Source: a virus (Duplodnaviria; Caudoviricetes). From it: DNA of 56,379 nucleotides. The stretch lies in the IMG/VR virus record IMGVR_UViG_3300030433_001954, positions 1 to 56,379 of that record. The stretch is one strand, 5' to 3'. Below, piece after piece: positions 21,001 to 29,400 of this stretch (its first letter is position 1; each line of letters starts with the position of its first letter). A model generated the notes under the pieces. It saw only the letters and a program-made list of their open reading frames with translations, did no database searches and had not been told where the DNA came from. The position numbers and the translations under genes are program-made.

Positions 21001-21850
21001 CCATGATGTAGGATTCTCTACAGATGGTGCATTTATTGCCGCGGGCGCCGGCGCGACTGCAATCTATGCAACACCAATTACACACAGAGCGACCGCAGAA
21101 TCTTCTGTTCAGAATGGAATTGTAACCAGCATCACGGTTACTGATGGTGGTTTTGGATATTCTCAAAGTAATGTTCCATCCGTTATGGTTCAATCTGACA
21201 CTTACAAGTTTGAGAATATTAGATCTATCAAGGCACAAGGTGATCACGGCGTAATTGTTGGTGTTAATACTTTCCTCGCGGGCACGCCTGGAATTGGAAC
21301 CACTTCGCCTAAGATTGAGTTTGTTCTAAAATCTGAACAATATGATAACGGAACCCTAGGTGTTGGTTATTCCGCACTAAATGATTATGGAGTCACCGCA
21401 TCTCAGATCAGCAAGGGAGATTACTTCGTCATCACCGATAGTAATGTTGGAATCGGTACTCAACTCACGGGTATTTCCACACTCTCTGGTGGTATGGCTA
21501 ATTACCCCGCATCTGTTGTCGGTACAGCGAAGAGTTTCCTTGATGGTGTATATCGTGCGGATTTCGTAACACCTGCTTCTGCGGGTATCGTAACCGTAAC
21601 ATGTCACTTCGTTCCATCTCTCGGAGACAACAACAACTTTGTTCAAGTCTACGCAAGAGGTGAGGACTTCAGTGGTATTGGTACCAATGAGTTCTATGGT
21701 AGATATTCATGGGGTAAGATCTATGATTATCAAAATAGAGCACTTACAACACTGAATCCTGTGAACTTTGATTCTTATCGTGATAATGGTCTAACTGGAC
21801 TGAGCACTTCACCTAAAGTATTCAGAACAAGGGGACTATTAAGTCCATAA
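6014..21850 (+). CDS. gp7: giant baseplate wedge initiator gp7-like protein with many inserted domains (5278 aa)
   Basis: N-terminal QIPDFM.EESPLFVEFLRQYY and FYNAKGTDSSYKLLFKILYG; DNYYFQKFSYELKS..WKESVKSIVHPSGFKEF; lies between gp6 and gp8. Confidence 0.88.
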   Translation: MSEIKRVKIDSILENQIPDFMSEESPLFVEFLRQYYRSLESKSGAIDIAVNLNQYKGIQSFNKETLVKNTTLTEEVLTYDDEILVASTTGWPDSYGLLKIDDEIITYLGKTATSFTGCIRGFSGIDEIEAVDNRTFLSFTETEADEHADGSTVQNLSNLFLLSFFEKFKFEFFPGFENRDFFENISIDNVLSSARDFYNAKGTDSSYKLLFKILYGTEVEVRKPQDFTLSPSSNEYFKTENVLVELITPNPDILSIRGGFLFQDLPDVGEVGASIFNIEYRPVNRKDFFEISLDQDSFTGTFQVSGQTKLVEDVSVGANTLFVDSTIGFAPSGKISIKPPGSNFITLEYTSKSTTTLNGVTGLTTSLERGLEILEEKFAYSFVGAGNTSRVDFRIVNVIKDVDFSKTSALAVGDKVQLSGFGENLFDKPQFNCWISNVPSVHTVDTVSRQGVNVYRLITFDEVIYYKRESVVLTNDLGQVSGATVLDVEFEVGDLIRKYTNSILIQIDDASFDFNRTIKLEKKLFKFKQLLNYFNNNEEFPAGIQNTYIDTSRENFYVTSTGVPNKTIFSNDEKRTVTTSGTTGITSIFDSPQHEYVSGDLVYYDPVDSTVSGIATGKYRVFKVNENSIKLAFSNSDVFNQKFIFANRGITGDEVVKADFFGKKIENQKLVKTFPYSKVQKKSEDINDKTTDSKPVGLLVNGTEILSPTLFDENYYYGRIEEIIVTNSGSDYDVLDPPPVEVKDEFGSGCKAHANLSGGLTRVKIISPGVGYQSKPKIKISGGNGSGAVLESNLVSSRISVGFKGDTGVSVADNTLTTIDDVLFVNGEEVIYSTNNNTDVLGIVNGSSYFVGIVTDKKVKLYNNKQDAVAGNNEIQITGISSGFHALESLKNKNTITEIYVNDPGDGYSNRAIKVPSVVSSDNRTLGVNTFDSYIYATNHGFQNAEFVVYEYTDTEISGLDTSKYYQVTKIDDNKFRLSDAGTASSTTDYNYINRKYVKFESLGVGTHTIKYPPITISIESTSELESIPVITPVVKPIVLGQIDDVFVEDGGVGYGVTDIINFHRRPNVGVGSILSNAVLKPIIINGSITDVKIINRGKGYRVDSDIIVQGDGDFAQLDPVVDSEGKLQSINIVNGGIGYGSSNTFLSIQNRGINAKFIANVKRWKVNQVIKKKNTISPDDDGVLYPSFNPNFGLQFFTFYPSKVLRFETQDNFNILNKEATTNLQHSPILGFAYDGNPIYGPYGYDKPEGGPIRRMTSSYTNNPTVNPQLRPPQQQGYFTNDYVYDGSGDLDEHNGRFCVTPQFPDGTYAYFYTVSVDQSQISTPVYPYLVGPSFYDNPIANNFLPTYNQDDSTIFTTDLVRNVSNYYLTNANSDYPYIDRVGESFKQEFRVTDIQTSSIENAIVFTAGKNYKIDDIVQIDNGNSGGGGASVSVSELGGKEIESVGVTETEINNVEFRIRSTEIEAICSQPHNIEDLEDVFISGVSTITARAINGVKEARVKSKSTELLEDILDTGATGVSTFIKVKDTSGFKSNDFISVDGETLLITGVSSQRSGFYVNRVNNTGIHTIGDGLVALLPNRFSFSIVGEIDDYTFENTTTFFDPKETVGTGVAGTTRTVVGFGTTSFEDRFVPTRSIYIPNHNFFTGEKVIYNVGTNGAPLYVNNVGVAQSFGLTNGQELYTVNLGLNYIGLSTVGFTTNSSDGIGTTKNSLEFWPFDDQFGIVGAAHSLTKTNQRITGDVFRNIGIITTKTAHGLQIGDDFRLKFTGTTTDSYKIKLDTINRKVLVDDISFADSKVDLTTNSIDISGYSKYKKLKTGDKVVYYAATPITGLYNGKTYYILKDSTDKIKLCEFEADINTTSAVDLTAVGSGTAHMFHLINPPLDFFRGTIIEFDVSDTTLAQLDMVFSKDVNLTKRLDLLGTDVDGFAIDRDGQPGTADAKITVDTRSKFVPDSFFYTLVPKGAAEQYKKEISSDDSIVSANKITIKPHGLNDEFSVVGLSTDNDKRLTFVVRNPLNIVEKSVIGNSTYEYTTTSQNVTGPISKVRINFAGRGYTKLPTVSSIVSAAGTDGVVRFESSTIGRVESLERIKDGFDYPTDPTLTPTLSVPTVAGIKNIRTIDRVAISTGGNNYSSAPELVVPAKPTIKLIAVTQFGSVVDVIVDKNDTALADPLTIISTRNSNGFDIDEVTHSNDVVTFELNNDPEVNPFITLGYGQTGYTFPFAIGDEVFVENCRLTKNSRIAGENNFNSIQYDYAFYPVTGVSTLNQTVTCDLTGISTGTLGDYDGEITQGTIINKKDMPVFNMVLSDDVRYQSGEKVTAQFFSGNVMENGWDNDVNQIRINNSIGNLFVNDKLRGENSKIIGTVDYFNTFTLKANLGVSRTKTQIADMSSGILNDYQQSISDNYYFQKFSYELKSTIPYSTWKESVKSIVHPSGFKEFSNYNIETQPTLAEVTSGIAKSTSMKVTLANTAPTLSVNIDSEMSFFDKTNFGLVYEDEPLADGSVKKVFFPEGVELQPYIINRTNKVLAVDDISSQFDGTVTQQLRGRYADAADLLGLNREFIQEEVVAKVEYNYPNIGLSTTYSREKCLRDTGFIVDAVAHDLKYNSNNKSVEAGLTYWDAGVSYVANETAETLYAYHYVKFIGQYVINNQTPPTLYQTAVKQRFNFEVIDDPANFYLNRNKDSRDLIVFNKEEILDKSLASVSKEYPNFYFPGSPQTEPRSRYLRSYGMIQNNRQEIIDEAWDETVLIYNGISDKEDKYKREMGKLVDAVSIDTFLGGNTYTRDFSGFYFDGAGNPITDPERTFVGEEAQTIYAFSQARIFMEKAVSNQLTIKDLTAPVGPSTYGDGGPNVAITSTAACADVQQTLTTLTQITVDVISAGSTIGLPTANVGTYTTGGLKCRRDLQYIVDGVAQDIAYDTNQHTVRNTKFYFKPDGTQKLDGLIGEENESIYIFESSADYMQDAITNQLNYKDLRIPIDPVTGVNTDPSNYADIQADIDTLVGILTVAIGNSSLAGIPTVGFGTADCADVRQSLANYVGIITGIIGFGTAVAPEIYYPSKTRGGIAVGLSTFRLKNNNTSLFKHVFSEGAFDIANNIINIANHNFQTGQELLFVKENGDDVGIGTTSFVEDATLDVVMNISDTFGGTAVLENGYNVAISGTISGISTTSVVDADSTTQFVQCIGSNGGTGTDAEFRVSINYDGSGVPISTSIQPTAGGSGYAVGDTITIAGTQMQAASPANDLTFVVTKTGPSAVATQANQSYSNVTAGTDPAGGTGAIFNVTRGSSGYISEVEVVNGGSGYASTSVITIAQAGIGGTDSTDDITVTPTLLGTKTMPSTVYCFKVTDNQIKLFGLSTTATFIDVTDVGVGTYSVEYKDPNASAIITIDGIIQTPLRFKSLSVDLKNSIGSATTTIAKLATGVSSVRTNDVLNIGAEYALIKSIGVGATNEVVLERGSFGTPAAAHTVGAAVTVLTGDFNIVGDVIHFSSPPFGKIGPAGLQTGSIFGGRVFSRTFDAAKPEDKNILFDDLSLAFTGVAATEFAIKSQNQTTTTIFNDVNSAVDINNNPIVLINNVPQDPIVDYTVDGPSVNTLKFLSGVPKAGKISKVEITNSFGYEPKIGAAATVTIDDFGQIDTITINEGGAGYQSAPDVSIASTIGYGATITATVSAAGTVNGLTIVNAGTGFTGTSLPEIRIGIPTGYSNLTAEYTGGTSGDGQDARLSVVVGQGSSVVDFKIDNPGIGYKVGDVIKASGLIEGSGFRTDSLSITNLVYDETTGFTTITTGSAHNLSVLDNVRITGVGLTCGYDEVGIKSFTYDNVTGICTVTTWDPHGVLTSDVERRLTPSTATYCPHTGFTTLTVYGHSLEEGDFIRLEDNSLTFTCALDGHATQHTYPRSTDPAAGKFLEITDVTGDEVTINVGSGGTDTSAHTFVSATANAITVKGLKSNQTADEVYLHNVKFLCTEEHAGVTTDIFPDGTAPYGFVFPAISSPGVTTFTMQAGVSTIPHVFAGYTELGISTFNYSQNSGVCVIETHDAHHLVANEWVTLADLKLKCTDANYDNYAGITSTLFPYRAGVNTYGDAYPASSPSGFSFKVTQVDDANTFRVNAGISTIVHAYEGFGAVPLYGFDYTESVGVTTITLTEDHDLSVGDWVNLKDIILNCPAHATGITTYNVTALDYNEVVGIVTITTDAAHGQTVDDYVRLADIFLTCTAEHAGFSSTKFPYPAGTDDYGDAYPASSPNALSGTYDTFKLMAGTTGSTMVINIGVSTIPHSYDTGGTASVGFTTNKFPYEGSSPHGSTFKVDAVGSTTSFTFNAGISTIAHDYVSGGTAQRVGMTQKVPSVQRVLRYTEDSTDGALDFLVTKVNSSTQYTVKAGVNTIPHFYTANTGVTTFRQFEEFQLKITEVQTDKFFGFYPGQFIAFNSIEDQFNGFKKKFTLSANVDGVKKILSLRVPDGSDLDVTNNIFIYLNDVLQVPGVAYEFRGSRIFFTEAPLEGSSCSILYYRGSSSDVEEIDPPKTIKVGDQIQINESRLDAYDIDQFDRTVQKIVATDQLETFVYGSIGIDTNTDKRRPVTWRKQRNDKIITGALFPKSRPQYTSVIRPSATIINEIQPGDTTIYVDNAYPVFSDLDNLNENIRDILIIEDKETESAVAVANVSTSSSITSIGVSSGGVGYANTLSPIVTISASAITRKDPIFNWEGGTISGITGITTYTIFNHIDKGTAQRRFVAVGNSSLFASSLDLETWSASEIVTGAGNTYHFNSVVSTGLGNTDHVVAVGQSAMIWKATASDTAVTSFERLPIFEQQSLAGFGVINTNLTTFTDTINDIIYEPLNDKYVAVGAGGSAFVATGIGSTCFFNRYTGILNNINAVAHSPQLGYFVGVCSGGKIINSSTAEIWSQNPTPTIRNLECVIWDGSNFIAAGENATIVKSVTREQYVVVNNNIGASNRIVDLQYHNDLYVAITDSGKLYYSFDLAVWDERGTKQNNDLKTIFHDVGFSTDGAFIAAGAGATAIYATPITHRATAESSVQNGIVTSITVTDGGFGYSQSNVPSVMVQSDTYKFENIRSIKAQGDHGVIVGVNTFLAGTPGIGTTSPKIEFVLKSEQYDNGTLGVGYSALNDYGVTASQISKGDYFVITDSNVGIGTQLTGISTLSGGMANYPASVVGTAKSFLDGVYRADFVTPASAGIVTVTCHFVPSLGDNNNFVQVYARGEDFSGIGTNEFYGRYSWGKIYDYQNRALTTLNPVNFDSYRDNGLTGLSTSPKVFRTRGLLSP
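13649..15154 (+). other. cassette of three nested phycobiliprotein-like helical domains inside gp7
   Basis: KCLRD (Cys codon 13778), KYKRE (14294), ACADV (14594), KCRRD (14717), DCADVRQSLANY (15095); colinear with 40401-41969. Confidence 0.65.
18254..18741 (+). repeat. 29-bp perfect direct repeat within the gp7 His/Cys repeat region
   Basis: TATGGTGATGCATATCCTGCATCTTCTCC at 18254-18282 and 18713-18741. Confidence 0.9.
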
Positions 21851-21853
21851 ATA
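21846..21853 (+). promoter_or_regulatory. T4-type late promoter
   Basis: CATAAATA overlapping the gp7 stop, upstream of gp8. Confidence 0.7.
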
Positions 21854-21882
21854 AAATATAGAAAAAACCTAACTTTCTCAAA

Positions 21883-23478
21883 ATGCCTGCAATTATATCT
21901 GACCAGTTTAGAATCCTAAACGCTGAGAACTTTTTGAAGAGTGTTTCTGGAGTTGGGGACACTACCAATAAGTACTATACGTTTATTGGTCTTCCAAACG
22001 CAACCGCCCCCGAAACGGGCGGTTTTGCGGATTGGACGACAGATCCTCCTTCACCTTTAGATGGATTCCAAGAGGAAATCCAGGTAAGGGAGAGTATAAT
22101 TGCATTGAAGCAAATTACCTCTCAAGATGTTAGACGACTTGTTAGAAAAGTCGAGTGGGTTGCTGGTCAAACCTACGAAATGTATAGACATGATTATACG
22201 GTATATAACCCAACTCCTGTAACTGGTTCATCTTCACTATATGAAGGTAATTACTATGTAATTAATGATGATCTCAGAGTCTATGCTTGTTTGGCGAATG
22301 GAACAGACCCAGAAAACCCCAAGGGTCGTCCATCTTTCGATGAACCAACATTTGTTGACCTAGAACCCAGAGCTGCAGGTACCTCTGGAGATGGATATAT
22401 TTGGAAATACCTTTATACGATCAAACCATCTGAGATTGTTAAGTTCGACTCTATTGAATATGTTCCAGTTCCAGAAAACTGGGGTGAACTGGGTGAAAGT
22501 ATTTCTGTCAAGGATAATGCAATTGACGGAAAAATCGAAACCATTTTGATTGACAATAGAGGATCTAATTATCAGCCAATCTCTACTTCCTTCTCAAATG
22601 TACCCATCTTGGGTGATGGTACTGGAGGTAAAGCAACTATCACTGTTGACTCTTTCGGAAAAGTATCCGAAATTTTTGTAACTGATGGTGGTAAGGGATA
22701 CACATATGGAACAATTCAGTTCTATCCAGGTGCTCCTGGTTCCGAAACTGCTGGACCACTTGAAAAACTATCTAATGTTGGTGTAGGTACTACATCCTTC
22801 TCTGCATTCAAAGTTATTATCCCACCAAAAGGCGGACATGGATATGACATCTATCGTGAACTAGGTGCTTATAGAGTACTATTGTATTCTAGATTTGAAA
22901 CTCTCGATTCAAACCCAGATATCATTTTGGGTAATGATTTTGCTAGAGTCGGGGTAATGAGAAATCCAAAAGTTGTTGGAAGTCAGGTAGAAAATCTGAA
23001 TACCGCACTTGTCAGTGGACTGAATGCACTTAAACTTGCTGGTGTAACTACTACAACTACATATGCTGTTGACTCTGTTATCAAACAGACTGTTGGACTA
23101 GGTTCAACTGCTATTGGTTATGTTGCATCTTGGGATAATGTAACAGGTGTTCTGAAGTACTATCAACCAACTGGTCTCGCTTCTAGTGAAACCGCATTCA
23201 ACATCATTCCGTTTACAGCGACACCTGATGTTGGTTATGGTGTTACTATTGAAAGTGAATCTCTAATTGGTCCTGCACTTCAGATTAATACCACATTTGG
23301 TGGTATCACAACCACAATAAATAATAGAATATACCAGTTAGGACTGGACTTTTCTGCAGGTGTTTCTACCGCAGAGTATGATACTAAGTCGGGAGAAATT
23401 ATCTACATAGATAATAGACCGCCGATCCCTAGATCTGCTAGCCAAAAAGAAGACATCAAGATCATTCTGGAGTTTTAA
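21883..23478 (+). CDS. gp8: baseplate wedge subunit gp8
   Basis: MPAIISDQFRILNAENF, W..GQTYEMYRHDY, YYVINDDLRVYACL.NG, DGYIWKYLYTI, SGEIIYIDNRPPIPRSASQKEDIKIILEF. Confidence 0.93.
   Translation: MPAIISDQFRILNAENFLKSVSGVGDTTNKYYTFIGLPNATAPETGGFADWTTDPPSPLDGFQEEIQVRESIIALKQITSQDVRRLVRKVEWVAGQTYEMYRHDYTVYNPTPVTGSSSLYEGNYYVINDDLRVYACLANGTDPENPKGRPSFDEPTFVDLEPRAAGTSGDGYIWKYLYTIKPSEIVKFDSIEYVPVPENWGELGESISVKDNAIDGKIETILIDNRGSNYQPISTSFSNVPILGDGTGGKATITVDSFGKVSEIFVTDGGKGYTYGTIQFYPGAPGSETAGPLEKLSNVGVGTTSFSAFKVIIPPKGGHGYDIYRELGAYRVLLYSRFETLDSNPDIILGNDFARVGVMRNPKVVGSQVENLNTALVSGLNALKLAGVTTTTTYAVDSVIKQTVGLGSTAIGYVASWDNVTGVLKYYQPTGLASSETAFNIIPFTATPDVGYGVTIESESLIGPALQINTTFGGITTTINNRIYQLGLDFSAGVSTAEYDTKSGEIIYIDNRPPIPRSASQKEDIKIILEF
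23316..23323 (+). promoter_or_regulatory. late promoter embedded in the 3' end of gp8
   Basis: AATAAATA formed using an ATA Ile codon, ~160 nt upstream of ORF 23485. Confidence 0.45.
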
Positions 23479-23484
23479 TAGAAA

Positions 23485-26400
23485 ATGGCACAAAATACGA
23501 ACCTCAATGCTTCTCCATATTTTGACGATTTTGATGTAGATAAAAATTATAAACGAGTACTATTCAAACCAGGAACTCCGATTCAAGCAAGAGAATTGAC
23601 GACGATGCAGTCGATTCTCCAGAATCAGGTTGAAAAGTTTGGTAAACACTTCTTCAAAGAAGGAGAAGTTGTCATTCCTGGTAGTATCGCATACGACCCA
23701 GAGTATACTTGTGTCCAAATCGATGCCAATCACCTTGGTATCGATGTTTCTTTGTATATTGACAAACTAGTTGGTCAACTCATCAAGGGTGAAATTAGTG
23801 GCGTAACTGCGAAGGTAGAAAACTACATTTCGGACACCCAGTCAGAAGAAGGAAATTATACTTTATATGTAAAATATCAAAGTGCTGGAGAAGGCGACTT
23901 TGAAACTAATACTTTTGTAGATGGTGAGAACCTTCTTTCTCTACAAAATATTGACTATGGTCTTTCTATTATTAAGGAAGATTCTTCTTTTGCAACTGCA
24001 ATTGTTTCTGGTGCTATCAGAACGGGTTCTGCTGCAAAAATTGAAGAAGGTGTATATTTTATTAGAGGATTTTTCATTGATGTAAAATCTCAAACTATTC
24101 TTCTAGATCAATACGACAACTCTCCAAGTTATAGAGTTGGTCTATTCATTAACGAAGAGATTGCTGTTGCTTCTCAGAAGAACTCGGATCTATATGATAA
24201 TGCTAGAGGATTCTCTAACTTTGCTGCACCAGGTGCAGATAGACTGAAGATTTCTACTGAACTTACAAAGAAACCTCTAACAGATACCAACGATGAAGCT
24301 TTCATCGAGTTGATGAGAATTGAGAATGGCGTTCTCCTAAAGTTCTCCAAAAAACAAAACGTAAGTTCTCTAATTACAGATGAACTTGCTAGAAGAACCT
24401 ATGATGAATCTGGTAATTATTATGTAAATCCATTCAGAGTTATTGCTAAAGAGTCTGTAAACGATAGTCTTGGTAATAACGGCATTTATGGACCTAATGA
24501 AACTACTTCACAGGGTAATACTCCATCCCCAGATCTCCTTGCACTTCAACTTTCTCCTGGTAAAGCATACGTAAAAGGTTATGAAGTAGAAACCATTAAT
24601 ACAATTTTTGTTGATGTACCTAAACCAAGAACTACTCAACAAGAACTAGATACGACTATTCCTTTTTCTTTTGGTAATCAGATTGAACTGAATAATGTTT
24701 ATGGTGGTACCCAAGTTGGATATGGAAGTAGTAGTCAGGTAACACTTTATAATGAGAGAACTGCAACTCCAGGAACTGCTAATGGTATTCCCATTGGTGT
24801 TGCTAGAGTCTATGACATGCAGCTAAAGAATGATTCATATTCTGGTGCTGACACTATTTTTGTAGCTTCTCTTTACGACGTTAATACTTACACATATATT
24901 ACAATTAATGCAGGTAAACAAATTGCACTTCCAGCATTAATTGAGGGTGTTAATTCTAATGCTCGTGGTTATCTGAAGACAGCAATGTCTAAGACAGATA
25001 CCCAAATGGTCTTATATCAAGTTTCTGGAACTTTTAACGAGAGAGAACCACTAAAAGTTAATGGTAGAAAACTTGGCAGAACAGTCAAAGACTTCAGAGA
25101 TTATGGTTTTGGTGATGTAAGACAACTCGTAAGTCTCGACGGCAACATGACTGCCGACATTAGACTTTCTCAACCACTGGCAATCGCACCTCAAGGTACT
25201 GACTTTACTATCAATGCAGCAGCAGGTGGAGAATCTGACGTTACATGTTCTTCCAATACCTTTGGTGTAGGTATTCAAACAGGTGATATTCTTGCTTATA
25301 ACAAAAAAGGTGAAACCAGTATTACTCTCAACAGAGTAAAAGCAGTCAATGCAACTGGAAAAGAAATTACACTAGAAGCTACTACTAGTGTTACTGGTGT
25401 AAGTATTGGTGCTCTTCCTACTTCTGATATTGAAACTGGTAATCTATTCAAATTGGTTCCAGAATTATTCAATGCCAAAGATTCATACTTGTTTGCTGAA
25501 CTTGAGTATGCTGATGTTGCAACTGTAGATTTAAGTCAGGGAGATCTTGTATTCAAGAAATCTTATGATGTTACAATTTCTGGAAACGCACTAAGTGCAA
25601 CACTAGAAAGTGATCCAAACATTGTATTGGAACCTTTTGATGAAGAGGATTATACTCTCGTTTATAATGACGGAACTATTGAAGGATTAGAACAAACTAA
25701 TGCAGTAATTAGTGGTAGAACTATTTCTCTTGGTGGTTTAAGTCAAAATGGTGCTGCAGTTCTTACAGCAACACTTAGGAAGAATAAACTTAAGTCCAGA
25801 AATAAAGTATATAACAGATGTGCCACTCTTAATGTAGAACGTTCCAATAGCAGAAAATCTGGAACGGGTGCTAAGTCAAATAAAGATGGTCTGACTTATA
25901 GTAGAGTTTATGGCACTAGAGTTCAGGATAATGAAATCTCCCTGTTAGTACCAGATGTACAAGCTGTTCTTGGAGTTTTTGAATCTGATGGTCCTAATGA
26001 GCCAACTTTACCAAAACTAACTCTTGAGAATTTAAATGCAAACATTCTCAATGGTATTCAAGGTGAACAAATTGTTGGTCAAGATAGTGAAGCTATTGCT
26101 GTACTAGTAACCAATAATGGAAGTAATGAAGTTGATATTGTATATCAAAATGAAAATAATTTCGTTAAGGGCGAAAAAGTTGTTTTCCAAGAATCCAATC
26201 TAACTGCAAATGTAACTAAATTCACTGAAGGCGACAAGGATATTGCAAATGACTTTATCTTTAATCCTGCTCAATATCTTGAGTATGCTGACTATAGTTT
26301 CTTAGTTAGAAAAGAAGGTGTTACACCTCCAACAAGAAAACTAAAAATTGTCTTTAATCATTTTTATATTGAGCCAAGTGATGATGGAGATATCACTACT

Positions 26401-29400
26401 GTTTCTTCCTATGATGCATCTGTTTATACTTCGGAACTACCTTACATTGATTTCTATAGAGCGAATGAAATCCTTGATGCAAGACCAAGAGTAAAAGCTT
26501 ACGATTTAGCTGTAGATACTCTATCTCCATTTGAATATAATGCTAGAACTTTTGAAACTGCAAATGGATCTACTCCATTCTTCCTTTCAAGAGATAAGAA
26601 TATCAAGGTATCTTATGACTATTACCTTGGTAGAATTGATAAGTTATTTGTCAATAGATATGGTGAATTTTTCCTAAAACAGGGTGTTCCTGCACTAAAT
26701 CCTAGAAATCCAGAAGATGTTCCTACTGCTCTAGAGATTGCAACCATTGAGATGCCACCATATGTTTATAACATTAATGACATCACAATTGCACTTACGG
26801 ATCATAAACGCTTCCGAATGCAAGACATTGCAAGAATGGAAGATAGGTTAAAGAACGTTGAGTATTATACTTCCTTGTCTCTTCTTGAAAGTGAAACTAA
26901 GAACTTGACTCTTAGAGATAGTGCTACTGGTCTTGATAAATTCAAGACTGGATTCTTTGTGGATAACTTCAGGAGTACTTCTGCTGGATCTCTTGGTGAT
27001 CCTATGCATAAGTGTTCTATTGATATGGAAGAGGGTCATCTCAGACCTCAACACTATTCTACACAGATTGACATGCTTCTGGGATCTGAAGCTGTCGTTG
27101 GAACTGCAAATGGAGCTGCTAATCCTGATGCGGATTTGAGATTTGTTGAACAACTTGGAACTCCAAATTCAGTTAAGAAGGGAGATATTATCTGCTTCAA
27201 GTATTCACACGAGAAGTGGTTGGAAAATAAGTTTGCAACCAGATATGAAAATGTCAACCCATTCCACGTTGTCAACTGGATTGGTGCAATTGAGTTAAAT
27301 CCTGCAACGGATACTTGGATTGATACCAAGAAAACTAAGAAAACTATTGATCAAGAAGGTAACTACGAATCTACCATTCAAGAATTAGGTATTGATACTA
27401 ATACTGGACTTTCTCCAATCCAATGGGGTGCATGGGAAACTACTTGGACTGGTAAGAAGGTTATCGGTAAAAAGAACATGGGGTCGATTAAAGTCGGAAC
27501 CAAGAAGACTGGTACATCTGTACATAAAGGAAAACAGATTAAAGGTCGTGGTATTCCCATTACAACTACTACTACATTTAGAGATAAGTATACTAAGTTT
27601 ACAAATGTCACTACTCTTACTACTAAGAAACAAGCTAGAGAGGGTATTCAATATAAAGTAAGTGAAGTATTTGAGACAGTTGAATTGGGTCCAAAGGTAG
27701 TTTCTACCGAAGTTCTCCATACAATGAGATCTAGAAATATTGAATTTGTTGCGAGAAGACTGAAACCAACTACAAAACTCTTCCCATTCTTTGATAATGT
27801 CTTTATGGAGAAGTATACAGTTCCAAAACTCATCGAAATCCAGATGGTTAGTGGAACTTTCCAGGTTGGTGAAGATATTAAAGGGTCGAAAGGAAACCAT
27901 GCAATTAAGGCTAGACTTGCTAAACCAAATCATAAGTATGGTCCTTACAAGAAACCAACTCAGACATATACTATTAACCCATACAAGACTGGTCAAAAAA
28001 TTCCAGGTTCTTATTCAAGTACTTCTACAATTCTGAACCTTGATACTGCTTCTCTAGAACTTCAATCTGCTTCTGGGTATTATGGCAATATCGTGAAGGG
28101 TATGAAGATTAAGGGTAAAACAAGTGGTGCAATTGCAAAAGTAACTGCCGTTAGACTTGTTACTGACAATGCTGGTACTCTAATTGGGTCTCTATTCCTT
28201 CCAGATCCAAAACAAACTTCTAAACCTTCGTTTGAAACAGGAACTAAGACCTTTACTCTTACTACAAGTAAGGAAAATAGTACAATTTCTGGTGCAACCG
28301 ATAGTACTGCAGAAAGTACATTTACTGCTTCTGGTACTCTTCAGAACATTGAAGAGACTACGTTGAGAATCAGAAATGCACAAGTTGACAGACTTATCAA
28401 GACTGATGAGAGAACCAAGAAGTCTAAGAGTACTAAACTCAAGGGAACGACCACATTTAAAGATAGAACTGTCAAACAAACAAGATGGGTTGACCCACTT
28501 GCACAATCGTTTGAGGTTCCAGATGAAAGAGGTGTATTCATCTCCAAGATTGAAGTCTACTTTAGAACCAAGGATAAGCAGGGACTTCCTGTTACTGGAC
28601 AGATCAGAACCATGCAAACTGGTCTACCAACCACAGAAATCCTTCCCTTCGGTGAAGTAGTTCTTGAACCAGTTGATGTTAAAACTTCAAAGACTGGTAC
28701 AGTTCCAACGACATTTGAGTTCCCATCTCCTGTTTATCTGGAGACTGGTCAATCTTATTGTTTCGTTCTTCTGTCTGCATCGAATGAATATACAGTCTTC
28801 ATCTCTAGAATGGGTGAAGAAGATGTGACCACAGTTGATAAACCAGAATCTGAGAAGATTATCGTTTCTTCTCAACCACTTCTTGGTTCTCTATTCAAGT
28901 CTCAGAATGGTGCAACTTGGGATCCAAGTCAGTTGGAAGACCTTAAGTTCACAGTTTATAGATCCAAGTTTAAGACTGGAGAGACTACTTTTAGATTCTA
29001 TAACCCAGATCTTGACTTGGGTAATGGTCAAATTGCAACTCTTAAGAATAATCCTGCTGATACCATCGCAAGATCTGCGTTGGTTGGTATTGGTACAAGT
29101 CTAAGTTCCTCTGAACAAACTGACTTGACACCTGGTGTAACCATGTTGCAAGAAGGAAATTCTGGATTTAGTGCAACCCTCGATAGTGTAGTTGGTTCTA
29201 TTGGTATTGGAAGTGCTCTTGATCTAACTGCAGTGGGTTCAGGATTTACTACTCCATATACTGCATACGATAATGTCAGTCTAATTGCAATCACTGGTGA
29301 GGGTACTGGTGCTAAGGTTGAACTTTCAGTACAAAATGGAGTTGCAATTGCTGCAACAGTTTCTGCTGGAGGTACTGGTTATGCTTCTGGTGATGCTCTT

